Shown: positions 27,671 to 39,191 of the stretch, piece by piece
Position numbering within the stretch: the first letter of the stretch is position 1
How the letters are laid out: each line of letters begins with the position of its first letter
From: Massalongia carnosa
Lineage: Eukaryota
Assembly: GCA_965645245.1 (NCBI GenBank)
Contig: OZ287069.1
Span: 1,736,001 to 1,800,000, forward strand
DNA: 64,000 nucleotides
Reading direction: 5' to 3'
Made by a program: the position numbers and the translations under genes
Notes under the pieces: model-generated
The model's input: the letters and a program-made list of their open reading frames with translations, nothing else
The model's database searches: none
What the model was told of the DNA's origin: nothing

Positions 27671-29284
27671 CGGAGGATGACACGAAAAGTCCTTGGATGC
27701 GCTAAGAATGACACTAAGAATTTAGCGTAACGCCACCACCTCACCACACCACACCACCCGTTTTGACCCCATCATCAACCTCATTTTCAACGAAAGACCT
27801 CATCAACCTACATCACTGTTATCAATGATGTCTTTACACTGCGACGATCTTCGGAATTATATGGCCTAATCACACCGTTGTCTCGACCCTCTCTATACTC
27901 GTTTCCTCCGTCCAAAGCAATGATCTCCTGTATATGTCTTGGAATTCTTTCTATCCAATGCTGAATTTGTTCCTGTTTCAGACTTTTTGTCCAGCACTGT
28001 GTCCATGCTTTGATGGCCGTAATGCGATTTCGAGGTGCTCCTTTACGTGTGGTTTGTTTTTTCATCCAGTACCAACATTGCTCGATCATGTTCAAATCGG
28101 GAGAATTACCCGGCCACAACAAACGCAGGACTCCTGCATCCATAAAGACGATGTTCTGATGTTTAGAAGCATGACAGGGAGCCTTGTCCTCCTGAACAAT
28201 AGTACCGGGACGATCTTTCATACATTCTTTGGCAAAGGGTAGAAGTTTGGGTAAAAGAATGACCTTCTGATAACGGTTCCAGTTGATGCCCCCTTTGCCT
28301 TTTCGGACCACTTTTCCATGCGTTTTATTCCACCTCCAGGCTGGTTTTCGACCTCCTTTCGTACGCAGTCCCATTCGTTGCATGCCCGTTTCCAACTCCC
28401 AATTCTCTTTCGCTACGGGCTCCAATATCTCATTGATTTTGTCAATATCTCTCTGAGCGGCGTGTTTTTCTGCTGCTGTCTCCGGCTTCCATATATGAAA
28501 AGGTCCTTTCTTTTCATACGAAAAACAACCCCAAAACATGAACTCGGAACATCCTTTCCATCTACGTCGGACGCACGATTGAGCATATTTTTCGTTTGGA
28601 GTTCGCCATTGAAGTCTTCGTCCACGTCGAGAGTTCAACACGACACTGGTTTCATCGCTCCATATAACATTCTTCCAATCATCGAGAGTCCAGTGTTAAT
28701 GACGCAAACAAAATTGCAATCGAGCATCTTTCATCGCTGAATCAAGACCTGGTTTCATGGTAGATTTGCAGGGACGAAAGTTATTGCGTCGAAGAACATT
28801 GAGAATGGTTGTAGATGAAACTCCGTGCTCATATCCCAAAACGGCTGAGGATTTTTCTCTACCATTTCGATCATGACGAACATTGTTTAAAATGGCCTTT
28901 TCTACCTCAGGCGTCACTTTGGTAGGACGTCCTGAACGAGGTGCATCTTGCACGTATTCTACCTTCTATATTCGTGAAATAGTGGGATCATATCCTCGAT
29001 CTCGTGCCTTACGTTTGAGATAGCTGATAGATTGGGTGGAAACTCCGGTGACTGCTTGAACGACTTTGGCTGCTATGCCATGTTCAATCAGGGATAATGC
29101 TTGTAACTTTTGTCCAATGGTCAGACTGTTGTTCTGAGTACGTGAGGTCATATTTGAAGCATACAAAAATCTATTTTGATGATATTTGATGCTGAACAGG
29201 TCAAAATGTACAAAAAAACCTTTTGCTTACTAGCGCTAAATAGCACCAATGCGCGCTAACAAGGACTTTTCGTGTCATCCTCCG
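27671..29284 (-). mobile_element. Tc1/mariner element nested inside the MULE
   Basis: Perfect 25-bp TIRs CGGAGGATGACACGAAAAGTCCTTG (27671-27695 and 29260-29284), flanked by TA on both sides. Confidence 0.95.
27808..29151 (-). pseudogene. Tc1-type DD34E transposase pseudogene
   Basis: One reading frame broken by TAG (28968-28966) and TAA (28698-28696). Motifs RSGRP, WSDETS and QEDKAPCH...WPGNSPDLNMIE (34 residues between D and E). Confidence 0.92.
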
Positions 29285-31185
29285 TAGAATGCATGCAGAT
29301 ATGAGTGCAGAAATTTTCGAAGTTCCAGCTCCGGAACGGATAAACAACCCGATTTGGTTAGCTTACTTTGGGGATGTTAATGTACTCGTAGTGAAATGGG
29401 GTGTCAAGATAGTGAAAAGGGGTGTCCCGGTATTGATTCCCTTTTGCATTGGGGCTGAATGTGATCAGCTTAGGTACCAACGTCATGTAGGTAAAATCCC
29501 TGTGAGGATGAATGGGTTCATCCTTCCTCTTCGATTCGCGTATCAAAAGCTACTTCATGGTATTGTAAGCAGGAGAGGTGCGGATTTTTTTTAACTTCGG
29601 ATTGGCAAACGTGGCAATCATGTACTTAGCCAAACCTGGGGGGGTTTTTGGCCTACACATAGCTCAACTGAAGGGGGATGTTTTCCGATGAAATCTAGCA
29701 TTAGCTGAATATCGCACATTGTCATCGACTACGGGGATTTGGCCAAGGCCTATCAACGTTGTGAGCTTTGCTTCGCCATTAACTTGGGCACATGGTAGTT
29801 ATTTGACGCTGCCTTTGCGTGCTCTTGATAAGATCTTGTAACTGATGGCTGGGCAATGGGTGGAAACTATCGAGGAAGAACAGCTTGACGAGTGCCGAGG
29901 AGCCCAGAGCTCTTCGATGTCTGTGTCTCCTGCCTTTCGGCTGCTTGTTACTTCTGAGTTCCGCAATCGATGATTTTGTGGCTCGTAGACCCTCAATAAG
30001 AGAACGGAGTGTCCGAGGGAGTGGCGTTGTGGAGACAAGACGCCAGTCATGCCAGTGTACCACAATCTCCCCACCTGTTAGAACGTAAAGGACATGAGAC
30101 GTGGTGAGGGGGGGATGGGGGAGAGGGAATTGAGTATGTGACTGTGAGGGGAGCACGGTGCAGCGTACGGAGTGAGTTAGCGGGAGCAACGGCCGAACAG
30201 CAGTCGATGAGGACAATATGCCTTGCTGTAGAAAAAGGAAGAGACGTCAGCAGAGTCATCTCATTCTCTTCCCCGTCCAAATTTGTGGCTAGGAATAGGG
30301 ATAAGCTCAGCCATGCGTGGCACAGTCGTCCACAGCATTTTGAAGAGCCTCACCTTAAAGACCCGAAAGGCTCTAACCTCGTCTGTAACTCCCCAGTGTA
30401 CCTTACATCCGACGCTAAGCCCTCTTGATCCTCTTAATCCCCGGATGCAGATGAATTGACGTACAACATCCTCTATACCTACAAGTCCTCGTATCATCCC
30501 GCCATCTCTGCCCCCCCTCCACAAATCAGAAGTTAGTCATTATCCCCCATCTGGCTTCTAATGTGGCCTCGCCTTCTCCCATCTCGGCCTTCAGGTCGGC
30601 AACAGAGTCCATGCATCTCATACGCGTTTGCCGCCTCTCTCAAGCTTGAACACGCCGCTTTAGAAGGAGGTTTGTCCCCGGCCGCGACCAATGGTAACTC
30701 CTTCGTTCTCGACGTACGGGGCAACCTGAACTGTGCGTAGGAAGGTTGGCTCGTGAACGAAATTGACTCAACGTCTGTCATATCCAACACATAGCATGGC
30801 TCGGTGGGAGATCGACCGGGTCCTCCGCGGCAGGTTCGTTCCTGCGTTAGCCTAGATGTCATCTCGCCCTACGGTTTGAACAGCTGAGATTGGCGCATGC
30901 CAATCGCGTGTGCTATCGGCTACTATGGAGTTATTGCTCTCTCCCAAAGGAACGCAAGGGGGACAAAGTTGGCCAATTCAGGCAATGCCCCGGGATTGGA
31001 CTGGCGTTTACATTCAAGCGCCGTTTGGGGCTGATATCTGAATAGTCAGTTTACATCGGTATGGTGTTCTCGTTGTCTGGATGCCTAGAACCGGCGGAGA
31101 ACCGCTTCGTACAAAAAGGTCTTCTTGGACCAAAAGACATTCCAACATCAGTCACTTTGTGTTTTCCGAAAGCTTGCTTAGGCTC

Positions 31186-32762
31186 ATGTCGACACCAATA
31201 AACGCACTTCGCAATCTGAATTTAGGAGGAATGCCGGAGACACGGTCTCAAACGCAGCAGGGCCAACGACGAGGTGCATCAGCATCCACTAGCCGTGGTA
31301 GAGGTCGAGGTCGAGGTGGCCGTATTAGCCAAAGTCCCTTTGAACCCGATACACCCGTTCGGGGCCACTCAGGTCTATTGTACAACACTCAGGACCTTTC
31401 TCCTGGAACGTCTCAACGCGCAACTGAAGGGCTTATCTCGGAATTTTACGTTGATCGGCTGCAGCGTCACGAGTCCGCCCATGACTCCTATTATGCATTT
31501 CAGTTGAAAAAGCCCATCAGCGTACGGATCCACAACCCAGACTTGGGCGGCAGCAAAGTTGAGTGCACCTGCGATGAGTACCAGCAGTTACAATCGGCTT
31601 GCGTGCATATTTATGTAAGTCTCCAACATCCATCAGGCCCAATCCTATATCTCGCTAACTGAGCCAGTGGCTTTTTGATGGGCTCAATGCTGTTTTAACC
31701 AACAGTTCAAAATCCACCCCGCATATCATAAGTCAGGGGGACGTGGTGACGGAGATAAGCGGACTTTATGACCTTATTGGAGAACGTTTATCATCGCTTC
31801 CGGAGCAGCTCAATATGACCAGAGGCGACGAGGCCGATTCAGATTCGGATGAAAATGCTACAGAGCAAAGCTACGCCTCCAGCAACTTCCAAGCTAGGAA
31901 AGACATCGTGCAAGACATTCTTTCCGTTTTCGATCGAAATACGCTCCCGGAGGAGTACTTGCTGGACCTCGCAGCCGATGCTCCTACGACAGCCTCATCT
32001 GAGAAGCTTTTTGTACCTGAGGATTTAGCTGCCACTATCTACAAAACTGCAATCTATGACGAGACATTCTACCGTCGTCTACGTAGAGTAGTAACCAGCG
32101 ATATATGTGCGGGATCTTATTACTCCAAACAACACACCAGAGCCAGAGAAGTCATGTTTAGTCTGGATCGGTACGTTAAAAACGGACCCTCTGAAGATCC
32201 GGAGACTCCGGACATAGACGTTCCTGAATGTGCTAGGACGCTTCGTCTTATAGTTTACCAAATGTGCAAGGATCGAGATATGAGAGCAGCCAGAGAGCCT
32301 TTGGGAGCTCCGACAGTCAAAAAGGTGGCTGAAATTCTGGTGGAGATTCTGACGGAAGTTGTGTGCAATCGCAACGAAGACATTTACGAAGACATCACGT
32401 GGGAACGAAATCTTCAAGAGCACAAGCGCAACCGCAATCTCTACACTTGTCTGATCGGTGATCGCCCTGTGTTAAACTTATCGGCGCCTTTGGGAATGGG
32501 GGACCATTTTGTTATTGATCAGCTGCGCAACTTCCCGGTGATGGAGTGGAGCCATCTTCTCGAGCGTCTAACGACTATTCTCGACCACATTCACGAGGAC
32601 ACCCCGGATGGAGAACGTGGCTCAAGCACATATGCCACGAAACTGGAAGCCATGTTACGTGAATATACCAGCGACGCTTTCGAACCGAGTTCCTCCTCAG
32701 TCCAGCGCAGACGACCAACGTTGACCAGTCCACCCGCAAGCCAGAGGAGGCGTGTTGAATAA
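31186..32762 (+). CDS. SWIM zinc-finger domain protein
   Basis: Exon 1 ends in CTCDEY....ACVHIY (CxCx(n)CxH). Intron 31615-31667 (GTAAGT..GCTAAC..CAG) joins it in frame to WLFDGL and ORF 31743-32762. Confidence 0.8.
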
Positions 32763-34652
32763 GGAGCGCGCAATGTACAACAGCGTTGAGGGGCGGTCGG
32801 CTTTTTTTGGTTCTCAGCAATTTTCACTCCCGCTCCTGGCCAATAGATACCATGTAAAAATGTATCGTCGATCTAAGGCGATTGGACTTTGTATTCTTCC
32901 ATATACTCGTATGCGATCTATCGTTTCTCTTTGGGTTTCCTTTGCTCCCTACTTCACTCAATCACCACCCATCGTTTCTCTAGAACCTCCCAATCCCAGG
33001 CGCTGGCCGTCTGGAAGATGGATAGAACGGGAAGTTTTTTTGTTGGTTTTTATGTCATACTCTTTTGCTTCAACTCCTTCCGAGAGTTTTTTTTTTTAAA
33101 TGGAAGGGGGAATCTGTTCGCTTTGGTTCGTTGTGCAAACACTTACCTAGCTTTTGCAAAGCCGTGTGGTTTTTTATTCTAGCATTAGCATAATGCTTAT
33201 TCACGCGTGACTTGCCTTCTTCTGATTGGTTGGTTGGTTAACAATTTGGAAAATTTCCATTGTATTTATTCGTACCTTCGATCACAACAACAACCCGAGA
33301 CCGCAAAAACCAAGAGACCGAACATATAACCTAGAGCCAATGGTGGCGAGAAATGCTAGGTATACTGTTCCATTCTATTATATTCTAGGTATTCGCAAAG
33401 CAAAGCAAATCAAACCTCGGCCACCCCCAACCCCCCCCCTCCCCCAAAAATCTCCCATCTCCAGCGTGGGCCATTCATTTTGCCTTCTGATCAGCTCCCT
33501 CCCGAGATTCCGGCTTGCGGGTGGACTGGCTCTTTTCGCCCAGAACGCAGACAAAGGCCGTTCCCGATCGGCCCAAAAATAAAGGGGGGGGGGGTTGTTT
33601 TCCTAGCGCCCTTGTTTGTTGTGTCGCACGGGCATTCTCCTCGGTTTTCTGGGCTTTCGTGTGGTTGGTGTATGTATGTACGAAACCCCGTGATTGGTTG
33701 GTCGGTCGGGCCTCTGGAATATCCAATATTGATGGATGGCTAGACGGGGGACTGGCTGTGAGTAACATTGTGTTCTTCAATACCGCCACGACAACAAGCA
33801 AAAACGCATGTACACGGATCGATGAATGGATAGACAAATTGCCAGAGTCGGAGTTTAGCAGCTGGGGGGGGGGGGGGGGGTTGGTAAGTAAGGGTGTATA
33901 CGAGGGGATTAAAAAGTTGACCTTTGTACGTATAAACAGTCGAACAGAAAGGATAAGTATTAGCGTTTTTCTGTTGGGCTTTGGCGCCTAGATTGGTCAA
34001 GGAGAATGTGAGGGGCATTGGGTTGGGTGCGGGGGATCGAATCGAGTACATCATCAGCGGACCGGTGAGGCGGTAGGAAAGGGATAAAATCCGAGAGGCA
34101 TCTTGGAGCACAATCAGCATCAGTCAACTTTGCTCATACATATATTTAGGGTGGTGACATCTGATCTGTGTAAGCTAAGAATACAAGATTAGGTAAAAGG
34201 ACCGTGTTGCTTGAAAAGCCGATTCTCCGTTGTTAAAACAAGTCCGGAAGCATACATATTCAACCTGCAACTGGAACAGAAAAAGTAGAAGCTTCCAACG
34301 CTCTCCAATCGTGGATACCTTCATGGCGGTAAGCAGGCCCGCCACGGATGTACTAGGCTACTATTAGGCCGATCTCCAGCACATCGAAACAGATCTCCAG
34401 CGAACGTGGTACATGCTGCGAGGGCGAGTCACTAAGACAGGCCTGGGACATTGATTGGATTTGAAAGAATCAAGCAACGTCCGTTTGTAGCGCTGGAGTT
34501 GCCGCCAACCTGGGTACGGAGAATTTATGGAAGAAAGAAGACTTGTAGTAAGCCTAATAGCTCATACTCCATGACATTCGGAAAAGAAAGCCGTCTCTGT
34601 TTGCTTTAGCTGGATGCAACTACTTGGAAAGCGCTCACAACGGCCCATGAAG

Positions 34653-35429
34653 CTAATCCATGTAGAAATCGCCTTTCAAAATTCGCTCTTGGAAATGGTC
34701 AGGAACCTTGGGCTGCTTTGGCATCTCCTTGATGGGCGGCTCAACGGGAGCGGCAGTCGGGGTTCTTTGCTGGCCGACCAGGGGTACACCTGGGGTTGGA
34801 GCTGCCGGACTAACTATGGAGGATGATCTTTCGGCTCGCGACCTGAGCTGCTCGGACCAGTTGAAGCCTTCGCCTGAGCGTTGTGAAGAATGATTAGATA
34901 CTTTCCTATAATTGTCGCTAGAGCTGGTGTGGCTTGACGACAAGCCCTGCTCTTTGACAGATAATGAAGAAGCCAGATTCATGGAGACTCTACCGTGATT
35001 GTTCACATTTCCTGCCCCTGTTTTCACATCTCGAAGAGCTCGTGCGCCAAAACTCATCCTCCTCGCAAACGGGGAGGTTGGAGAACCGCTCATTACCGCG
35101 TCACCGTCCTCGACCGCGCTCTCGTCGATGGAGTTAGAAGCAGAAGCCCCGCTCGAGAAGCTATCCTGCCGGGCTCTCACTTGTGCAAATGCAGAGGACT
35201 GGGTGGGAGATCCAGAGAGACCCAAGGAGGTGATGGACATTCGTCTACGCTGTTGAGCATGCGCATTGGCGGCAGCGGTTGCAATGGGACTCGGGTAGAA
35301 GGGAGGTCCACCGCCGTTATTATTGGGCGAACGACCGAAAAAGTCCGAGAGCTTTTGGCCAGTTGAAAATGAAGCTCGACGTGCAGACGACGAGGTAGGG
35401 GTGGGTGGAGGCGAGTTCTCGTTGGACAT
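34653..35429 (-). CDS. Conserved fungal hypothetical Ser-rich protein
   Basis: 258-aa ORF with conserved-looking RRMSFGA, GEGFNWSE and terminal PDHFQERILKGDFYMD; probable in-frame intron 34993-34874. Confidence 0.8.
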   Translation of the reverse strand: MSNENSPPPTPTSSSARRASFSTGQKLSDFFGRSPNNNGGGPPFYPSPIATAAANAHAQQRRRMSITSLGLSGSPTQSSAFAQVRARQDSFSSGASASNSIDESAVEDGDAVMSGSPTSPFARRMSFGARALRDVKTGAGNVNNHGRVSMNLASSLSVKEQGLSSSHTSSSDNYRKVSNHSSQRSGEGFNWSEQLRSRAERSSSIVSPAAPTPGVPLVGQQRTPTAAPVEPPIKEMPKQPKVPDHFQERILKGDFYMD

Positions 35430-36165
35430 TGTAAAGATAAAGGCTCTATTTGGAGTAGGGAAGGAAAGGAATGTTTTCGCGGTTTATCAACTCAAGTAGG
35501 TAGTTGACAGATAGAGTAGCTTAGTGAAGAGTGTGAAGCAGGTTTTGAGGTTGCTTCGTACGTTCTCAGTCTCAAGGCTAGACCAAAAGCTTTCATTGGT
35601 AGAACATTGAACTTACTGGGCTTGGTTTTGGCTGAGGAGCTCTTTGCTTAGCTAGACAAAGAGACGACCTCAGATGATGGTAACGTTCAAGGTTTGTAGA
35701 CGATTTGATGAAGCTTGCCGGGGTGGGGTTCAATGGAAGATTTCAGCACCTGAGAGTTACTGTTAATTGTGTGAAAAAAGGTGAGTGATAGATGAAAGAA
35801 TAAGCCGAGCAAAGTTGGAAGAAGAGGAATGGTTGTTGATGATCAACCCAAGAACCTAACTTATGGATTACGGAGAACATTCAGTATTCCGTACTCGGTA
35901 AATACTCGGTACTGAGTTAGCTACGTAACCCTTCCGCGGAAGTAAGGAGCAGCACGTGATAGGTGGTTTTTGAGCACGGTCACACTTAAAGTCTGATCGT
36001 CAGAGTTAAACCGCCGGGGGAACGGAAAGCTTTCGACAAGGGAGGGGTTATGAGGGGTACATACATACAAGAGGTGCGAGAGGTGCGAAGGGTGCGAGGG
36101 GTAAGGTTAAGCGAGCTGCAGCTATGACAAACATAGACAAACAAAAACTGACTTGAAGGCATGTA

Positions 36166-38108
36166 ACCGTGCGACCGAGGTAAATCCGATGGACCGCACC
36201 CGGAGCTACGCTCCAGGTGCGGCTCACCTCCATGACGCTATCATCTCCATGACGCATTTTTAAAAATTTCTATCATCTATCATCAACCATTTATTATTCA
36301 ACCACATCATGTCTGATTCGTACAAGAAACGAGAGGCTAACATTGCAAAGGCCTTAGATGCATTTGCGAAGAACACATACGAATCAGCCGCAACCTGTGC
36401 CAAAGAATTCGATATTTCACCTCGTCTATTTCAAAGAAGACTACATGGATATAGCAAGCGAAAAGCAGTCAATATGAGGCTGTCTGCTGCACTAGAACTA
36501 GCCCTGAAGGAGTATATTGAATTTCTTGATGATATTGAATTATCAATGAGATTGCCATTGATTCGCGGTGCAGCTAATTATTTGTTGCAATTGCAACATC
36601 CTTCCTCATCTTCATCTTCTCTCACCCGCGTAGGAAAATCCTGGACCGGACGATTCTTGAAAAGAAATCCCCAATTTTTCATGCAAAAAGGCAAGCCATT
36701 AGCAGCCGAAAGGAAAAACGCTCACAATGTAACGGATATTCAAACTTATTTCTCTTCATTTCAATCGACTGTAGCCCTTCTTGGTATAACTCCAGATGAT
36801 ATATGGAATATGGATGAGACAGGCTTTCGAGTTGGCTGTGGGGTAACCCATTTGGTGGTGACACTATCATCACATAAACGAATTATGATCGCTGATCCAG
36901 ACAATCGAGACTATATAACTTCGGTCGAATGCATCAATGGAGTTGGCGGAAGCGTCCCATCCTTTTTGATTTTGAAAGGGGTCAACATACTTCACAAATG
37001 GGCCTTAGAGAATGATTTGAAAGATGATATCGTGTTGACTACAAGCGATAGCGGCTATTCGAATGATTTTCTAGCATTAGAGTGGCTAAAGCATTTTAAT
37101 GCTCATTTAAAAAAGGTTCAAAAAGGAGCGTTTAGGCTTCTTTTGTTGGATGGATATGGATCTCATCTAACGTATGAATTTTGGGAATATTCGAAAGAAA
37201 ATAAGATCTGTTTATTCAGATTACCCCCCCATTCAACCCATTTGACGCAGCCATTGGACGTTGGTGTTTTTCAGCCAATGAAACATTATCATGCTGAAGC
37301 GGCTGACAACGCCATTCGGTTGGGTGACGTTGACTTCAATCGTCTGGATTTTCTGGCCGCATTCAATCAATTTCGTACAAAGGCATTCAAATCATCTACT
37401 ATCAAATCAGCCTGGGAAAAAACTGGGTTGATACCTTACAATCCGGAGGTAGTCTTGACCAAAATTCGTGCTTTAAATCCGGCATTACCACCACTACCAA
37501 TATCATCTTCGGAGACAATAATCCTACCTCATACCCCCAAAAAGCCCAAAGCCGTTACTAAGGAAGGGGAAAACATTATTCTGCGAATGAATAATAATGA
37601 AGAAATTACTCCAGAAAGAATGCGACGTTTTATCAAAGGGTCGGTTGCAAACGCTAATTTACTAGAATTGACGCAACGCGACTTGCAAGCCACACACACA
37701 GCTGCATTAGCTAAAAGGGCCCGAAAAAAGCTTGCTGGCACCGTTGTTCAGAAGGGAGGAATCGTTACCGTTCGAGGTGTGAGGCAAAATCACCTACATC
37801 GTACCCAAGAAGAGGTGGAAAGGGAGGAGGGTCGTCAAAAGCGTGCTGAGACGGCTAGACAAAAGAAAATATTTCTCTATGGAAAAGCGATAGCTAAACG
37901 GTTTGGCTTGGTGGGTAAAAAGGCCGAAAGCTGGATAGATGAACGTCAGCCTTTGATTTTGAATAGCTTCATTTTGAAAGGGTCAATCAATGGATATAAT
38001 GTAAATAGTTTGAGAAATGCGTCATGGAGATGATAGCGTCATGGAGGTGAGCCGCACCTGGAGCGTAGCTCCGGGTGCGGTCCATCGGATTTACCTCGGT
38101 CGCACGGT
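36166..38108 (+). mobile_element. pogo/Fot1-family DNA transposon, copy B (intact, potentially autonomous)
   Basis: Perfect TIRs of about 94 bp, TA TSD at 36164-36165 and 38109-38110, uninterrupted transposase. Confidence 0.96.
36309..38033 (+). CDS. pogo/Fot1 transposase (DDE_1)
   Basis: 574-aa ORF with WNMDETGF, LLLDGYGSH and PPHSTHLTQPLDVGVF; the stop codon lies inside the right TIR. Confidence 0.95.
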   Translation: MSDSYKKREANIAKALDAFAKNTYESAATCAKEFDISPRLFQRRLHGYSKRKAVNMRLSAALELALKEYIEFLDDIELSMRLPLIRGAANYLLQLQHPSSSSSSLTRVGKSWTGRFLKRNPQFFMQKGKPLAAERKNAHNVTDIQTYFSSFQSTVALLGITPDDIWNMDETGFRVGCGVTHLVVTLSSHKRIMIADPDNRDYITSVECINGVGGSVPSFLILKGVNILHKWALENDLKDDIVLTTSDSGYSNDFLALEWLKHFNAHLKKVQKGAFRLLLLDGYGSHLTYEFWEYSKENKICLFRLPPHSTHLTQPLDVGVFQPMKHYHAEAADNAIRLGDVDFNRLDFLAAFNQFRTKAFKSSTIKSAWEKTGLIPYNPEVVLTKIRALNPALPPLPISSSETIILPHTPKKPKAVTKEGENIILRMNNNEEITPERMRRFIKGSVANANLLELTQRDLQATHTAALAKRARKKLAGTVVQKGGIVTVRGVRQNHLHRTQEEVEREEGRQKRAETARQKKIFLYGKAIAKRFGLVGKKAESWIDERQPLILNSFILKGSINGYNVNSLRNASWR

Positions 38109-39191
38109 TAGTTACCGGAGGTATTTGCACAAGCGTGGTCTGACTTTATTTAACTATCTGATGTTCGCTGCTCAATTTCTCGTGAATTGCTACAGCCTAT
38201 CATGATGCTCGGTTTCATGCCGAGTGGTCCTACAAAAGTTCGCCGTGCAATGTGTCCATCGTCGATTTAGAACTACAGTCCATTGGCACGGGAAATAGCA
38301 TAACGCGATTCCTTGCAGAACAACAGTCAGCCGGACGAACCAACCGCCGTCTGCTGAAGCGGCAGCAAGGAACACTTTGGACAAGCTTAACACAAGGACT
38401 TGAAACCGATGATGGACCTATAGTCGATCGCAGAGGTAGGTAAAGTACTCTGTAAGCACATATTCCTCGGTTCAACCCCCTTATCATCATCTATGAGGCC
38501 AAATTCCAGGAACAGTATCCGACCATTCCGGCAAGCTGGGCTGCAGCCGGGCGTCTGCCGCCGATTCTAGCATGTAGCAGAACAAGGCGATAGATCAACC
38601 TGTACTTCTAAAACCGCTTGCTATGGAATTTGGTCGCTTGTTACAATAAGCTGATAGTGTCTTGCTCAGCTTTCAGTAAGTGTCTCCTCGAAGGAAAACT
38701 GTAACCAGCTCCGCGTGAACAGGTACATTCTAAGATGGCCTTAAAAGCGGTTCTTCAGATCCAACGTTGTCCAAGACGTGTTCATGCCATCTTGCATCAA
38801 GCCGCCAGGGCGTATCGGCGCTGATGAGGTACAGGGCGAAGATAAGGTTTTCCCGAGAAGATACAACCAATAATGACACCCAAATGAAGGGTGGTCTCTT
38901 TCATGTGAATTTGTAACTGTACCAAGGCGTAATAAGTATCTCATTTTCGAGCGATCCTTCAGGAAACCATCTTCACGAGTGTTCCTAAATATTTGAATAT
39001 CATTCGGATTTCTTGAAACACGACAGCTGCAAGACAGGATTTTAAAACATGTTACTTACGCTAAAATAACTCAAAAGTCCAGACGCCTGACTAGATATAG
39101 CAGAACAGAACGATAAAGCTCACGTGTTGTTATGAATCGAACGATGGGATCTGTTGATTAAATCCCCGCCAGCAGAACTTCGATTCGATCG

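Larger units (their letters stand above)
25309..29441 (-). mobile_element. Mutator-like element (MULE) with about 80-bp imperfect TIRs and an 8-bp TSD
   Basis: TIR GGGAATCAATACCGGGACACCCCTTTTCACTA at 25309, with its reverse complement ending at 29441. TSD TTTTGCAT at 25301-25308 and 29442-29449. Confidence 0.93.

Noticed and set aside
30793..30852. tRNA-Ser-like sequence (A-box-like TGGCTCGGTGG, T-arm-like GCAGGTTCGTTCCTGC)
   Set aside because: The T-loop is one base short, and there is no convincing anticodon arm or acceptor stem. tRNAscan-SE would be decisive; at most a relic.
33226..34120. Cluster of 90-160 aa ORFs
   Set aside because: They overlap on both strands, run through homopolymers and show no recognisable motifs; likely UTR or intergenic.
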